DNA of 64,000 nucleotides from Candidatus Kapaibacterium sp. (GCA_963665665.1 OY762428.1:2272001-2336000); one strand, 5' to 3'. Shown: positions 50,847 through 62,194, counted from the stretch's first letter. Program-made: numbers and translations. Notes: a model not told the origin generated them from the sequence alone.

Positions 50847-53306
50847 TTGATTATGAGCAATGGTTTTTCACAAAAAAAAGCAGTGGGAAGAATGCCTGTT
50901 ATTCTTCCCGACCCGTGCAAACTTAATCTGGGCTGTGGTCTTGATATCCGAGGGGACTATATCAATATCGACTTATTTTCGGATAATCCGTTAGTTGTTT
51001 ACGGGGATGTCCGACAACTTGAACTTCAGGATAATACAGTTGATGAAATTCTTGCAAGCGATATTCTTGAGCATTTTCCGCATGCACAAACAGATGCTAT
51101 ACTTAAAGAATGGGCAAGAGTATTAAAACCGGACGGGCTTCTCGAGATTAGGTGTCCCTCGCTGAAATTGCAGGCTAAAGCATATATTCGCGGAGATTGG
51201 GATGCAGATATTGCTTCCTATATGATATTTGGCGGGCAGACAAATCCTGGCAATTTCCATTGTGTTGGGTTCGATGAAATTTCTATCCAAAAACATCTTG
51301 AAAAAGCCGGTTTCAAAATTATATCAATTCAGGAACATGATTACCCTCAGGATAAGGGTTTCATAAATCTTAATATGAGTGTTAAGGCATTAAAGATATC
51401 AAAGGATAAAGAAAATATCAGTAGTGATTCAAATGTGCTAAGCGAAAATTCGTTCGGATTGGATTTTTCAATTGATGATACTGCAAATAATATAAAACCG
51501 GATGAAAATAATAACAATTCTGATGATAAAACATTTGCCGATCTGAATATAGTCTGGGAGGGTTCTCAGTTTATATGGCATTCATTGGCTTTAATAAATC
51601 GTGAGCATTGCTTAAATATAATTGATTCAAATTCAGCACATCTAAGTATCGTACCTTATGAAAATGACCAGTTTCAGCCGGATGGCAACAAAAATTATGA
51701 GAAACTTAAATCACACGATGTCAGGTATGATAAGTCGCAGCCGATAGACAAGGCACCATTTTGCTGGATCAGGCATCAATGGCCACCAAACCCTGAAAGG
51801 CCAAAGGGTGCTAAATGGATTGTGATGCAGCCATGGGAATTCGGCGCATTGCGAAAAGACTTCAAGGATATTTTTGACCAGGTAGATGAAATCTGGACAC
51901 CGTCAACTTATAGCCGCAAAAGTTTTTTGAACAGCGGAATAGATTCTGATAAGGTTCAGGTGATACCCAATGGTATAAATCCGGCAATATTTAGTCCGGC
52001 AGGGAAGAAGTATGAATTAAAGACTAATAAAACCTTTAAGTTTCTGTTTATTGGCGGTACAACATTTCGTAAGGGAATTGATATTCTTCTTAAGGCTTAT
52101 ACTGCAAAATTTACTGCACAGGATGATGTTTGCCTGATTATTAAAGATTTGGGAAGTGATTCGTTTTATAAGGGGCAATCCGCTTCCAGCAATATTAAAA
52201 TGATTCAAAACGCTCCGGATGCTCCGGAAATAATTTATATTGATGAATATCTAAAGGAAGAAGAAATAGCATCATTGTACAGGGCATGTGATTTATTTGT
52301 AAGTCCATACAGAGGTGAAGGATTTTCTCTTCCAACACTTGAAGCGATGGCTTGCGGTTTGCCGGTGGTTGTTACGAAGGGCGGAGCCACAGATGATTTT
52401 ATTCGTGACGATTGTGCATGGATGATACCCGCTGAAAAGAGAAGTATTGGCAGCGAAATCGACGGGCTGGAACTTGCAGGCGAGGGCTACCTGCTTGAAC
52501 CTGATAAAGAAATACTTGCAGATCTTATTCGCAGCCTTTACGAGAATCCTAAGGGGCTGAAAGTTATGGGATTGATCGGTTCCTGGCAAGCCCGACATAA
52601 TTTTAACTGGAAAAAAGCTACTGTAAAGTTGCTAAACAGGCTCGATCTTCATTATGGAACTAATATGGCACAGAATGCCGAAGAAAAACTTCCTGATATT
52701 ATTGATGAATATATTCATGCAGGATATGGAGAAAAGTATTTCTCTGAAGGAAATTTTGATAAAGCGCTGGAATATTATTTATCTTCTTTAGATTTTGACA
52801 GTAAAGACGTTAATCTTAAGATTCATGTACTTTGTCGCCTTGCAGAAATATCTGCTATGGATGGTGATTTTGAGAAAGTTAAAACGATTCTTGATGAAGC
52901 CGAAAAACTTGATTCCTCTCATCCCGATACTATTTTCCTTAAGGCCCGTAACCTGGCTGACAGGGGCCTTGAAGTTGAAGCCATGGATACAGTTTCCGGG
53001 GTGTTGGACAGATGGATGGGAAAAAGGTTTGAAAGCACACTTGGCCACGGACTGGACCAGATATTATCATTTACGGCTGATTTGATCTTAAGGAATGGAG
53101 ATCCCGAAGGAGCAAAAGAGGTTTATTCAGAAGCACTGAAATATAATCCGGAAAATGAAGATGCCTGTTTTGGGTCTGCAATTTGTTTCAGGGCTATGGG
53201 AGCAGAAAAAGAAGCTATTACAATGCTGGAATGGGCGGTAAGGATCAATCCTGATTTTGAGTATGCTAAGAAAGTAATGGCTGAAATTAAGGGCGAAACA
53301 GAATAA
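50847..53306 (+). CDS. Methyltransferase-like, GT4 glycosyltransferase and TPR multidomain protein
   Basis: KLNLGCG and LEHF...RVLKP; RKGID and YRGEGFSLPTLEAMACG; C-terminal TPRs. Confidence 0.85.
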   Translation: MIMSNGFSQKKAVGRMPVILPDPCKLNLGCGLDIRGDYINIDLFSDNPLVVYGDVRQLELQDNTVDEILASDILEHFPHAQTDAILKEWARVLKPDGLLEIRCPSLKLQAKAYIRGDWDADIASYMIFGGQTNPGNFHCVGFDEISIQKHLEKAGFKIISIQEHDYPQDKGFINLNMSVKALKISKDKENISSDSNVLSENSFGLDFSIDDTANNIKPDENNNNSDDKTFADLNIVWEGSQFIWHSLALINREHCLNIIDSNSAHLSIVPYENDQFQPDGNKNYEKLKSHDVRYDKSQPIDKAPFCWIRHQWPPNPERPKGAKWIVMQPWEFGALRKDFKDIFDQVDEIWTPSTYSRKSFLNSGIDSDKVQVIPNGINPAIFSPAGKKYELKTNKTFKFLFIGGTTFRKGIDILLKAYTAKFTAQDDVCLIIKDLGSDSFYKGQSASSNIKMIQNAPDAPEIIYIDEYLKEEEIASLYRACDLFVSPYRGEGFSLPTLEAMACGLPVVVTKGGATDDFIRDDCAWMIPAEKRSIGSEIDGLELAGEGYLLEPDKEILADLIRSLYENPKGLKVMGLIGSWQARHNFNWKKATVKLLNRLDLHYGTNMAQNAEEKLPDIIDEYIHAGYGEKYFSEGNFDKALEYYLSSLDFDSKDVNLKIHVLCRLAEISAMDGDFEKVKTILDEAEKLDSSHPDTIFLKARNLADRGLEVEAMDTVSGVLDRWMGKRFESTLGHGLDQILSFTADLILRNGDPEGAKEVYSEALKYNPENEDACFGSAICFRAMGAEKEAITMLEWAVRINPDFEYAKKVMAEIKGETE

Positions 53307-53670
53307 AAAGATTAACTTAACAACAAACAAATTAGTCCGGACAATTATTGTTCGGGCTTTTTTTATGCTACAAATATTTTTAAAGCGTTGAGATAACATA
53401 ATTTCCGGCATAGATAATTCTAAGCGAAGCGGTTGGAAAATACAAGAGTGCCTGATGAGTTATCTGTTAGTAAATTATTCTTCATGGACGTAAAAGATGC
53501 TCGGCTGATAGGCAATAGTATGAAATGAATAGTGATATCTGCGTTTTGTAACCAATAATTTGTTAGTGTGTAATTTTAGAAACGGGATTAGATGAATATA
53601 TCAGAGAGCTAAGCTGAAATAATAAATCCTAAGGGATGGTTTGATTAAAATTTATCTGAAAGGAGATACT

Positions 53671-54495
53671 ATGAATTATTTAAAACACACTATTTTAATA
53701 TTATGCTGCTTAATATTTTGCGGGAATAGCCTGTATTCACAAATTAAGCTATATCCTCTTGAAAAAATTACTCCGGCCGAAGCAGGAACTGATGCTGCAA
53801 ACCTGTATTGGACAGAAGACGGTAATGAAACCTCGATGTTCGAAAAAGCCGGGGACAGGACAATTGTTCTGAGTTTCTGGGGAACCTGGTGTGGATTTTG
53901 TGTTCGCCACACTCCTGATCTGGAAAAGGCCTATCAGAATTTACCAAAGGAAAAGTATTATTTTATTAATGCTGTTGGCGAATATACCAAAGAAAGTGAA
54001 TCCGCACTCAGAACTGCCATTGAAACGAATAATGTTACTTTTGATAATGTGTGGTACACTTTTGATGATGAAGATTCAATGCAGGCACATGCATTTTATG
54101 GAGTTTCAGAATTTATCACAACCCTGGTAATAACTACAGACAGAAAAGTCAGGTTCGACATAAAGGATGTTCTTTATAAAGGCTTGATTGACAGCCTTGA
54201 TCAGATAACAAGTGTTGAAATTTCTGATGATGGTGATAAAGCAATGGTTGCTGCATATCCGAATCCATTTTCTGACATTCTGGTATTCAAATATAATGCG
54301 GGAAATGATGATGAAGCAATAATTGAATTGTTTGATCAGCTTGGGAATGTTGTTTCCACAAACCGTGAGAATGTATCATCTGGGAAAGAAAATACAAGTA
54401 TAATCGAAACAACAGGATTAAACAGCGGTATATATTATTACAGAATTAACACAGGAAAAGAATTCTACTCGGGCAGAGTAATTCTTTCAAGATAA
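53671..54495 (+). CDS. TlpA-like thioredoxin-fold protein with T9SS C-terminal domain
   Basis: Signal peptide, FWGTWCGFC, and AYPNPF...SGIYYYR tail. Confidence 0.8.
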   Translation: MNYLKHTILILCCLIFCGNSLYSQIKLYPLEKITPAEAGTDAANLYWTEDGNETSMFEKAGDRTIVLSFWGTWCGFCVRHTPDLEKAYQNLPKEKYYFINAVGEYTKESESALRTAIETNNVTFDNVWYTFDDEDSMQAHAFYGVSEFITTLVITTDRKVRFDIKDVLYKGLIDSLDQITSVEISDDGDKAMVAAYPNPFSDILVFKYNAGNDDEAIIELFDQLGNVVSTNRENVSSGKENTSIIETTGLNSGIYYYRINTGKEFYSGRVILSR

Positions 54496-54554
54496 TTTTT
54501 TATATTGAAAAGTTTTTGAATTATTATATTTGCAAACAGAATAGTTTGCATAAA

Positions 54555-54579
54555 AAAAGGCGCTGTACAAGCGCCTTTT
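54555..54579. terminator. Bidirectional intrinsic terminator
   Basis: AAAAGGCGCT-gtaca-AGCGCCTTTT between convergent genes. Confidence 0.7.
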
Positions 54580-54601
54580 GCAATTTTAATTAATTGTTCC
54601 T

Positions 54602-56047
54602 TTATTGAGGAACAATAAGGCCGTTTGTAATAGTAATTGTTTTTGTACTATCCATGCTTCCACGGCCATTCATTTCAAAAGATATTTCAATATCTGAATT
54701 AGTAATAGAGCCTGAGTAGGCTTCATAGCCTTCGGTAACGTCAGCTTCGATAATATTTCCTTCGTAGAAAATTATTCCGGCTTCGTCGGGGATGCTATAA
54801 GTTCTGTTTTCGAGTTCTTCAATAAATACGATAAGCATTGAATAGACTTTACCACCCTGCTCAATATAAGCCCATATACTGCTGCGTTCGTTTACTTCTT
54901 CATAACTAAGCTCAGTTGTTTGAAAATCAAAGTTCAAAGCGCCGCTTATAGTGCCTGTAAGTTTGGCTTTGTCTCCTTTTTTCAGCTTAAGATCCTCTAC
55001 CTTCACAGTTTGTCCTTTCAGTGGTGTTTCCACTTCAGTGAATTCACTGGAACGTATTCCGTTAAAAGCCCTTACCCTGACGGTTGAATAACTTTTAACG
55101 GGAATTTTGTAGTAGCCGTTATTATCTGTATATTCATAAGATACCCCGATATAGTTAACACCTTCGGCCCACACATAGCAGTCCCTGGCAACAGAGCCGT
55201 TATAGTCATATATCTGTCCTTCAATCCAGGCACGGTCCCATTTATACGCGGAGCACCAGTAGCTGAAGTGGCTGATTTCGCCAACGTAGCGATAACCTTC
55301 TTTTGTTGCCTGGCCTTCCTGAATCCATAGGCCTTTTTCAAAATTGTAATACCATAGCGGAATTGTGGCAGGTGCATCGGAAAATTGCTCTTCCGGAATT
55401 TTCATGCTGACAGTTACTTTTTTTCCATCAGCAAGGTCTAACTCGTTATAGCCATGATAAGCTTTTATTTCAATACATTCAATAGTCGAGATATCAACTT
55501 CATTTCCGTTATTATCAAGGCCTAAAAATTTGCCGGGAAAATAATCTTTAAGTACATTATTATCCGAACCCAGTTTTGTCATCAGTATTCTGATTTCTCC
55601 TTCTGCTGGCGCACCATTACTGAAAACAAAGGCATCTTCAGGAATGGTCAGGCTTACATCCTCTTCGTTGATAGTGGTTTTAGATGTCCCTATCCTGTGC
55701 TCAGAGCCAATTGGGCGGAGCATCAGGTTGACGGTAACAGTATCATTTTCAATTATATCAGTAATTTCAGAGTTCTCGCAATAATTCATGGACCTGGCTG
55801 AAACACTTGTATAATCAGTTACGGGAATGTTGCATAAAATATATTCACCCCTGGACAAAGTGCGGACAGATTTTCCGTTAGATTCAATTTCAATTCCTGA
55901 TAGCAGATTGCCATTATTATCAGTTACTATTCCACGAACACAGCCCTTAGGGTTGTTATTATCAGGATTAGTTGTTTCCTCTTCGCATGATGCAAAGAAA
56001 ATCAAAAATAATAAGGGAATTATAAAGTGTAGAGTTTTTATTTTCAT
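54602..56047 (-). CDS. Lipoprotein with carboxypeptidase-regulatory-like domains
   Basis: Lipobox FASC; GIVTDNNG...; IPLWYY...GLW..EG...HFSYW. Confidence 0.7.
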   Translation of the reverse strand: MKIKTLHFIIPLLFLIFFASCEEETTNPDNNNPKGCVRGIVTDNNGNLLSGIEIESNGKSVRTLSRGEYILCNIPVTDYTSVSARSMNYCENSEITDIIENDTVTVNLMLRPIGSEHRIGTSKTTINEEDVSLTIPEDAFVFSNGAPAEGEIRILMTKLGSDNNVLKDYFPGKFLGLDNNGNEVDISTIECIEIKAYHGYNELDLADGKKVTVSMKIPEEQFSDAPATIPLWYYNFEKGLWIQEGQATKEGYRYVGEISHFSYWCSAYKWDRAWIEGQIYDYNGSVARDCYVWAEGVNYIGVSYEYTDNNGYYKIPVKSYSTVRVRAFNGIRSSEFTEVETPLKGQTVKVEDLKLKKGDKAKLTGTISGALNFDFQTTELSYEEVNERSSIWAYIEQGGKVYSMLIVFIEELENRTYSIPDEAGIIFYEGNIIEADVTEGYEAYSGSITNSDIEISFEMNGRGSMDSTKTITITNGLIVPQ

Positions 56048-56202
56048 TTGTTCTCCGAATCAATAAACGGTTACTAATTTTAATAATATAGTAAAATAAA
56101 TTAAATTTTTATCATATTTTTAGAAATATCTTGGAACTGAAACATTAAAAGCCATATATTCGTTATAATTTAAAAAGTTTATTACATAATTAGGAGATAA
56201 AT

Positions 56203-58137
56203 ATGCCTGAAAATTCACAGACTCCTTCCCAAATGCCTTATCCACAGTACTATCCACCCCAAAAGAAAACCAATTGGTGGATTCCGGTATTGATCATTGG
56301 CCTTGTATTTGTGCTTATTATTACTTTTTTTGTTGCAATTTTTAGCGCTCTCAGCTCGCCCTTCGATAAAGAACCGGTTTACGTGCGCGATAATTCTGTT
56401 CTTTATCTCGATTTGCGGGGTAATATCCAGGAATACAGCAAATCCAATCCATTTGCAGAGATTTTCGGAGCCGGTCAAATATCTTATGCAGATATTCTTC
56501 ACGCGGTTAAAACAGCAAAATATGACGACAAAATTGATGGCATCTATATCAGGGGTGGCGTTAGCGGAATGGGTATGGCCAAAGCTGCCGAACTACAGCA
56601 GGAAATTCTTGATTTCAAGGAATCAGGAAAATTTGTTTATGCGTTCATGGAAATTGGTTCCGAAGGAGATTATTTCAATGCCCTTCCGGCAGATTCAATT
56701 TTTATGCCGGCAGAGGGGATTTTGGAAATGAATGGTTATGGTGCTTCGGTAATGTTCATGAAAGGGCTTTTTGACAAAATCGGTATTGATTTCCATGTTG
56801 AGCATTTCGAGGATTTTAAATCTGCCGGAGAAACATATAACCGCAAGAGCTTCAGCGATTCGGCTCGCTATCAGTTACAGGTTATGCTTCAGCAAAGGCA
56901 GGAGCAATACAATAATGCAGTTGCAAAATTTCGCGATCTGCCTATTGAAAAAGTCCATGAAGTTATTGCCGAGGGTACATACACAGCCGAGAAACTACAT
57001 GAATATGGATTTATTGATGCCCTGCTGACTGAATCCGATGTTAAATCCTTTATCAAAGATAAAATATTTGGTGATGACAATAACGATAGCAGAAATAAAC
57101 TTAAAATGCTAACTGCTGATAAATATATTCAGAGTGATTTACCAATTCACGGTACTATTGCTGATAAAGATAAACGTATTGCTATCATTTACGGCTCCGG
57201 TGTGATTCAGGATATGGCTCCTGATTCTCCATTCGATGATGAATTGAAAATTACAACAAAGAAATTTGTCAGCTACCTGAGAAAAGCCAGGGAAGACGAT
57301 GATGTGAAAGCTATTATTCTTAGAATTGACAGCCCCGGAGGTTCTGTTATAGCTTCCGATGCCATCTGGCAGGAAGTGATGCTCACAAAAAAAGTTAAGC
57401 CTGTGTATGCCTCAATGAGCGATGTTGCTGCTTCTGGCGGATATTATATACCTATGGCTTGCGATACTATCATTGCACACCCTTCAACTATTACAGGATC
57501 GATTGGGGTAGTGGCTACTATTCCGAATATGGCAGGCCTTATGGATAAACTGGGGCTTACTGTTGATACGGTTTCATCATCCCCTAATGCCCAGTTCCTA
57601 AACCCGATGCTTCCGTTCAGGAATGCTGATATGGTTAAATTTCACAAAATGTCAGAAAAAATTTACAAACGTTTCCTGACAAAAGTATCCGAAAGTCGCG
57701 GTATGACTTATGATGAAGTAAGGGCTATTGCACGTGGCCGTGTGTGGACGGGTAAGGATGCCAAGCGAATAGGGCTTGTTGACGTTCTTGGTGGTTTCGA
57801 TGAAGCGCTGAAGATAGCCAAACGCAGAATTGGCGTACCCGACACCATGAAGGTATTCGTTCAGACATATCCCGGAAAAGGTGATGAAATTGAAGAGCTC
57901 CTGAAAATGTTCGGCCTTAATACCGGATCGGACGAGGACGTGCAAACGGGTAATTTTGATGCTAAAACCGAACTTGCACGCCTTATGGGCGTAGAGCCGG
58001 ATATGGTATTATCAACTCTGAATTCACTTCCGCCGTCTGCAAGAAAGCAATTAATATATGCATATCAGATATTGCAGCTTTCCGGCAAGGAAAAGGTTAT
58101 GGCTGCAATGCCATATTATCCTTCCATAGATAACTGA
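56203..58137 (+). CDS. sppA: Signal peptide peptidase SppA (67K type)
   Basis: FKSAGE, RIDSPGGS, AASGGYY, TITGSIGV and GRVWTG motifs. Confidence 0.95.
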   Translation: MPENSQTPSQMPYPQYYPPQKKTNWWIPVLIIGLVFVLIITFFVAIFSALSSPFDKEPVYVRDNSVLYLDLRGNIQEYSKSNPFAEIFGAGQISYADILHAVKTAKYDDKIDGIYIRGGVSGMGMAKAAELQQEILDFKESGKFVYAFMEIGSEGDYFNALPADSIFMPAEGILEMNGYGASVMFMKGLFDKIGIDFHVEHFEDFKSAGETYNRKSFSDSARYQLQVMLQQRQEQYNNAVAKFRDLPIEKVHEVIAEGTYTAEKLHEYGFIDALLTESDVKSFIKDKIFGDDNNDSRNKLKMLTADKYIQSDLPIHGTIADKDKRIAIIYGSGVIQDMAPDSPFDDELKITTKKFVSYLRKAREDDDVKAIILRIDSPGGSVIASDAIWQEVMLTKKVKPVYASMSDVAASGGYYIPMACDTIIAHPSTITGSIGVVATIPNMAGLMDKLGLTVDTVSSSPNAQFLNPMLPFRNADMVKFHKMSEKIYKRFLTKVSESRGMTYDEVRAIARGRVWTGKDAKRIGLVDVLGGFDEALKIAKRRIGVPDTMKVFVQTYPGKGDEIEELLKMFGLNTGSDEDVQTGNFDAKTELARLMGVEPDMVLSTLNSLPPSARKQLIYAYQILQLSGKEKVMAAMPYYPSIDN

Positions 58138-58272
58138 TAATATCATAATATTATTTATGCCCGGTATTTTATTCAATATCGGGCATTTTTGATTTTTGCC
58201 AGTAGCCGAAATTAAATTATTATAATACTTGCGGATTTCATATATTGATTTTATTTGATTTTTCGGATTGTA

Positions 58273-59331
58273 ATGAAAAGAAGAAGTTTTATCGGACTTG
58301 CCGCTTCCGGGGCAGTTCTTAGCGGGTTTGGCCTTCCCCTGAAAATGAAGGCGAATGATGAAATATCCGATATTGAAATGATTCATCCGGCTGTTTTAAA
58401 GCCCGGTGATGAAGTGGGTATAATCGCTCCGGGAACAGCTGTGTCCGATCCCGATGATATTGCAAAGGCTGTTGAGATTTGCAACCATTATGAACTTAAC
58501 CCCGTTTTTGGCGATAATGTTATTAACGGAAGCGGATACAAGACAAGAAGTGTTGAGGAAAGAGTCGACGACCTGCATGAAATGTTTGATGACAATGATA
58601 TAAAAGCAGTTTTTTGCATACGTGGCGGGTATGGTTCAGCTCAGATGCTGCCATATATTGATTACGAGTTGATCAGGGACAATCCGAAAATTTTTATTGG
58701 ATACAGCGATATTACTGCAATGCATTCCGCCATTAATAAATATTCCGGCCTTGTTACATTTCATGGCCCGGTTATGCTTTCATCTTTTACAGGCTTTACA
58801 GCAGCGAATTTTGAAAAAGCCCTGTTTTCGTCCGAGCCATTAGGGACTCTGACAAATCCTGATGCACAATCCGGAATAAGGGATTTATATCCCCTGAGAA
58901 GTGTGAATTCAGGCAGAGCTGAAGGAATGCTTACCGGAGGGAACCTTTCACTTGTTTCTTCGCTTATGGGGACTCCTTATGAAATTGAAACCGATGGCAG
59001 GATCGTTCTCCTTGAAGATGTAGGCGAACAGCCCTACAGAATAGACAGAATGCTGACCCAACTGAACCTGGCAGGTAAACTTGAAAATGCAGCAGGCATA
59101 GTATTTGGCAAATGCAGTGGCTGCGGCCCCGACGGCTCGCAGTCCACTTGGGACCCAACGCTGGGCGAAGTACTTGACTATCAGCTTGGCGGGCTGAACT
59201 GTCCTGTGTTCTCGGGCCTTCTTTTTGGCCATACTTCCGATCAGCTTACTATTCCACTGGGAATACCTGCTGTTATGGATGCTGATAAAGGCACTCTGAT
59301 TATTGATAAACCGGCCTGCAAGCCGAGGTAA
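58273..59331 (+). CDS. S66 LD-carboxypeptidase with Tat signal
   Basis: MKRRSFIG, RGGYG, GYSDIT, GGNL, LEDVGE and FGH motifs. Confidence 0.92.
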   Translation: MKRRSFIGLAASGAVLSGFGLPLKMKANDEISDIEMIHPAVLKPGDEVGIIAPGTAVSDPDDIAKAVEICNHYELNPVFGDNVINGSGYKTRSVEERVDDLHEMFDDNDIKAVFCIRGGYGSAQMLPYIDYELIRDNPKIFIGYSDITAMHSAINKYSGLVTFHGPVMLSSFTGFTAANFEKALFSSEPLGTLTNPDAQSGIRDLYPLRSVNSGRAEGMLTGGNLSLVSSLMGTPYEIETDGRIVLLEDVGEQPYRIDRMLTQLNLAGKLENAAGIVFGKCSGCGPDGSQSTWDPTLGEVLDYQLGGLNCPVFSGLLFGHTSDQLTIPLGIPAVMDADKGTLIIDKPACKPR

Positions 59332-59436
59332 ACCGGTAATATTTGTTCGCTCCGAAAAAACGGAGCGAGGTTGAAGAGTTATTACACTGTAGCTTGATGC
59401 GAAAACGAACCGTTCAACCCGAAAAATAATAATTAA

Positions 59437-61152
59437 TTAATCCCACACTGATGCACGGCAAAAAGCGCATTTCGTTTCATGATCACAGTGGGTGTTATCC
59501 GTTCTTAGCGGGCATGTGCCGGTTTTTTCGCGGCGAACAGCATCGCTGAAAAGCTTAAGCCCTGTAGATATTTCGCCCCGTGGTACAATTACTTCAATCA
59601 GTACCGGCATATTATCTATATTTCTGGTTTTTTCAAGTACATTTGCCAATTCTTCAGGTGTGCTGGCTTTAAAGGATTTACCGCCGCCTGTTAATTCGGT
59701 TATTTTTGTGTAGTCCCATTGTCCGAGAGTATTAAATTCGCCTTCCTGGAAAACACGCTGCATACCGTAGCCGTCATTATTAAATACAATAATTACCGGA
59801 TTCAGATTATGCTTTACCATTGTGGAAAATTCCATACCCGTCATCTGGAAAGCACCGTCGCCGACAAGAACTACCGGCCTTGTTTCCGGGTCGGCAAGCT
59901 GAACTCCTACTGCTGCCGGAACGGCAAAACCCATTGTATTATAGAAAAGAGGCGCGAAATAACCATTTTTCCGCCGGGTATTCATAAATATCGACCCGTA
60001 GCAGGAATCACCTGTATCAGCCACAATTGTATTCTTATCGGTAATAAAGTCATTTATTATGGCAAGATGTTTATCCATAATACGGCCAGAAGCATGATAG
60101 TCAAACTTTGATTCCGGAAATTTTTCAATTTTCCCTGCTGCTATTCTGTCTGCATTTTCGGAAAGGGCTTTTATAAATATATCGAACGGGATATTGCCTT
60201 CAAATTTAATAAAACCGTCACCGATATGATTTTCATTGGCAATCAGCAGGTTTTCCTTTTTCAGGTCGGCGGTAAAAGCCCCGCAATTCACATCAGTTAC
60301 TTTTGTTCCAAGCATAAACACGAGATCGGAATTTTCAACGAATTTGCGTAATTTTTTATTAGGGCTTAGAATTCCGGCATATACCCCAAGATAATTTTCT
60401 TTTTCCTCTGAAAGAACACCTTTGCCAAGAGCTGTAAATACTACCGGCAGATTCAGTTGTTCAGAAATGTATTCTACTTCTTTTTGCAGTCCGTATCTGC
60501 CTGCCTCGGCGCCAACCTGAAGAACAGGATTGGAAGCCCGGCTTATTTTATCTATGAAAAATTCAAGTGCTGAATTCAATAAATCATTATCAATTTCAGG
60601 TTTTTCTTTGCTGACAGGATTAACCGGGATATCTGCCTGCATCAGGTCAATGGGAATTTCAAGATATACCGGCAGTCGTTTTTCTTCAGTATGGTATATA
60701 GCCTTTTGAATTGTCTCGGAAGCAGTTTCAGCCGATTCTACTTTCAGGCATATATCTGTTATTGGCCTGAAGGCATCAATCTGGCTGTCCATATTTTTAA
60801 CAACATGGTGGAATTGAGGGTTATACAGGCTGCCTCCGTCGGTTGCTCCTGTGGGCGGTGCCCCGCTGATTACCAAAAGGGGGGAAGACTCTGCATAAGC
60901 GCATGCAACTCCGTTCATAATGTTCAAAGCGCCAACACCATAAGTAACTAATACAACCCCGAAACCATTTATCCGGGCAAAAGCATCCGCGCTAAAAACT
61001 GCACAGGGCTCGTGTGTGCCAACAATGGCTTCCAGGCCCTGAATTTTATCAAGAGTTTTATATAATGGTAAAATGTAATCTCCCGGAACGCCGAAGCATT
61101 GTTTGGTTCCTCTGTCCCTGATTGTTGAAAACAGAAATTCAGCAAGTTTCAT
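59437..61152 (-). CDS. ThDP-dependent 2-oxoacid (indolepyruvate/phenylpyruvate-type) decarboxylase
   Basis: FGVPGDY, ADAFAR, TYGVG, HH, DTGD and GDGAFQMTG...NNDGY motifs. Confidence 0.88.
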   Translation of the reverse strand: MKLAEFLFSTIRDRGTKQCFGVPGDYILPLYKTLDKIQGLEAIVGTHEPCAVFSADAFARINGFGVVLVTYGVGALNIMNGVACAYAESSPLLVISGAPPTGATDGGSLYNPQFHHVVKNMDSQIDAFRPITDICLKVESAETASETIQKAIYHTEEKRLPVYLEIPIDLMQADIPVNPVSKEKPEIDNDLLNSALEFFIDKISRASNPVLQVGAEAGRYGLQKEVEYISEQLNLPVVFTALGKGVLSEEKENYLGVYAGILSPNKKLRKFVENSDLVFMLGTKVTDVNCGAFTADLKKENLLIANENHIGDGFIKFEGNIPFDIFIKALSENADRIAAGKIEKFPESKFDYHASGRIMDKHLAIINDFITDKNTIVADTGDSCYGSIFMNTRRKNGYFAPLFYNTMGFAVPAAVGVQLADPETRPVVLVGDGAFQMTGMEFSTMVKHNLNPVIIVFNNDGYGMQRVFQEGEFNTLGQWDYTKITELTGGGKSFKASTPEELANVLEKTRNIDNMPVLIEVIVPRGEISTGLKLFSDAVRREKTGTCPLRTDNTHCDHETKCAFCRASVWD

Positions 61153-61313
61153 TATTTATCCTTTAATCTGATATTATCTTTTTGCTTGATTTACGGATTG
61201 CAGTGCTTTTTATTGATTGCATCTTAGCTGTTTGCTGAATTTGCATTGTACCTGCAATTCTATGAAAGCAATAATCAGGTATAAAGTTAGTCTTTACTAA
61301 AAAGTGATAATGA

Positions 61314-61622
61314 ATGATTCAAGAGATATACGAATATCCGGAGAGATATATGAAATATATTGACATATTAACTGACGCGATGGAGCATTTCACTACAATA
61401 CCCCGGGAAAATATTAAGAAATATATTTATAAATTCAGTTCTGGTGAAGAATCCGAGGTTAAACTCCTTAAAACCGTTATGGAAATTGAATTCCCGCGTC
61501 CGGAAGGCGAGGTATTGCTTGAAGACCTTAAAAGCAAGAATTTTGCAGATACCATTGAATTCCTGAAAACATCACTGATGGTTTACCGGCAGGAAGTTAT
61601 CAGGCAATCGCTTGTAAATTAG
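61314..61622 (+). CDS. Hypothetical protein
   Basis: 102-aa ORF occupying an intergenic gap; protein-like composition. Confidence 0.55.
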   Translation: MIQEIYEYPERYMKYIDILTDAMEHFTTIPRENIKKYIYKFSSGEESEVKLLKTVMEIEFPRPEGEVLLEDLKSKNFADTIEFLKTSLMVYRQEVIRQSLVN

Positions 61623-61734
61623 TATGTTAAGAACCCCCGGAAATGAATCCCAAAGAATAGATATTTTATCCGGGGTTCGAATCAATTACACTCCTGCTTC
61701 ACTGCCAACGGAATTTTGATTAAAGTTAAAACAA

Positions 61735-61760
61735 AAAGGCAGGCTGAAAAGCCTGCCTTT
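61735..61760. terminator. Terminator after atpC
   Basis: AAAGGCAGGCT-gaaa-AGCCTGCCTTT. Confidence 0.75.
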
Positions 61761-61780
61761 GATAAAAAAATCAATCTGTA

Positions 61781-62194
61781 TTAAACCTTATCGGCAGCCC
61801 TGATTAAATTTTCGGAAATCCTGATCTTTCTTTTCAGTGTTTCTTTGTCTGCCGTACTTTCTGCCTCGGACAATTGATTTTTAAGATTGCTGATTTCAGT
61901 TTCAACTTCCGTTTTGTTGATGTTTGCAGCATCTTCAGCAGTTTCAACGAGAACAGATATTTTATTATCATGTACCTCGGCAAAACCATCGCTTACGGCA
62001 AACCATTTGGTAGCACCTGAATCATCAACCTTTATCAGCCCGAGATCAAGAGAAGAAACTATCGGGGCATGATTCCATAATATCTGGAACGGAGACTTTG
62101 TTCCCGGTACGGAAACAGCTTCCGCATTGCCCGAAAATATTATCTTCTGTGGCGTAACAATCTCGATGGTTAATTTATTATCCATAGCAGTCAC
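61781..62194 (-). CDS. atpC: ATP synthase F1 epsilon subunit
   Basis: IEIVTP, FQIL.NHAP and GFAEV motifs; downstream of atpD. Confidence 0.93.
   Translation of the reverse strand: MTAMDNKLTIEIVTPQKIIFSGNAEAVSVPGTKSPFQILWNHAPIVSSLDLGLIKVDDSGATKWFAVSDGFAEVHDNKISVLVETAEDAANINKTEVETEISNLKNQLSEAESTADKETLKRKIRISENLIRAADKV

Noticed and set aside
53450-53590. Hammerhead ribozyme (CTGATGAG...GAAAC)
   Set aside because: I could not build stems I-III around the core motifs.
61665-61690. tRNA T-arm-like GGGGTTCGAATC
   Set aside because: There is no cloverleaf; it is the 3' arm of an ordinary inverted repeat with GAACCCCCGG.
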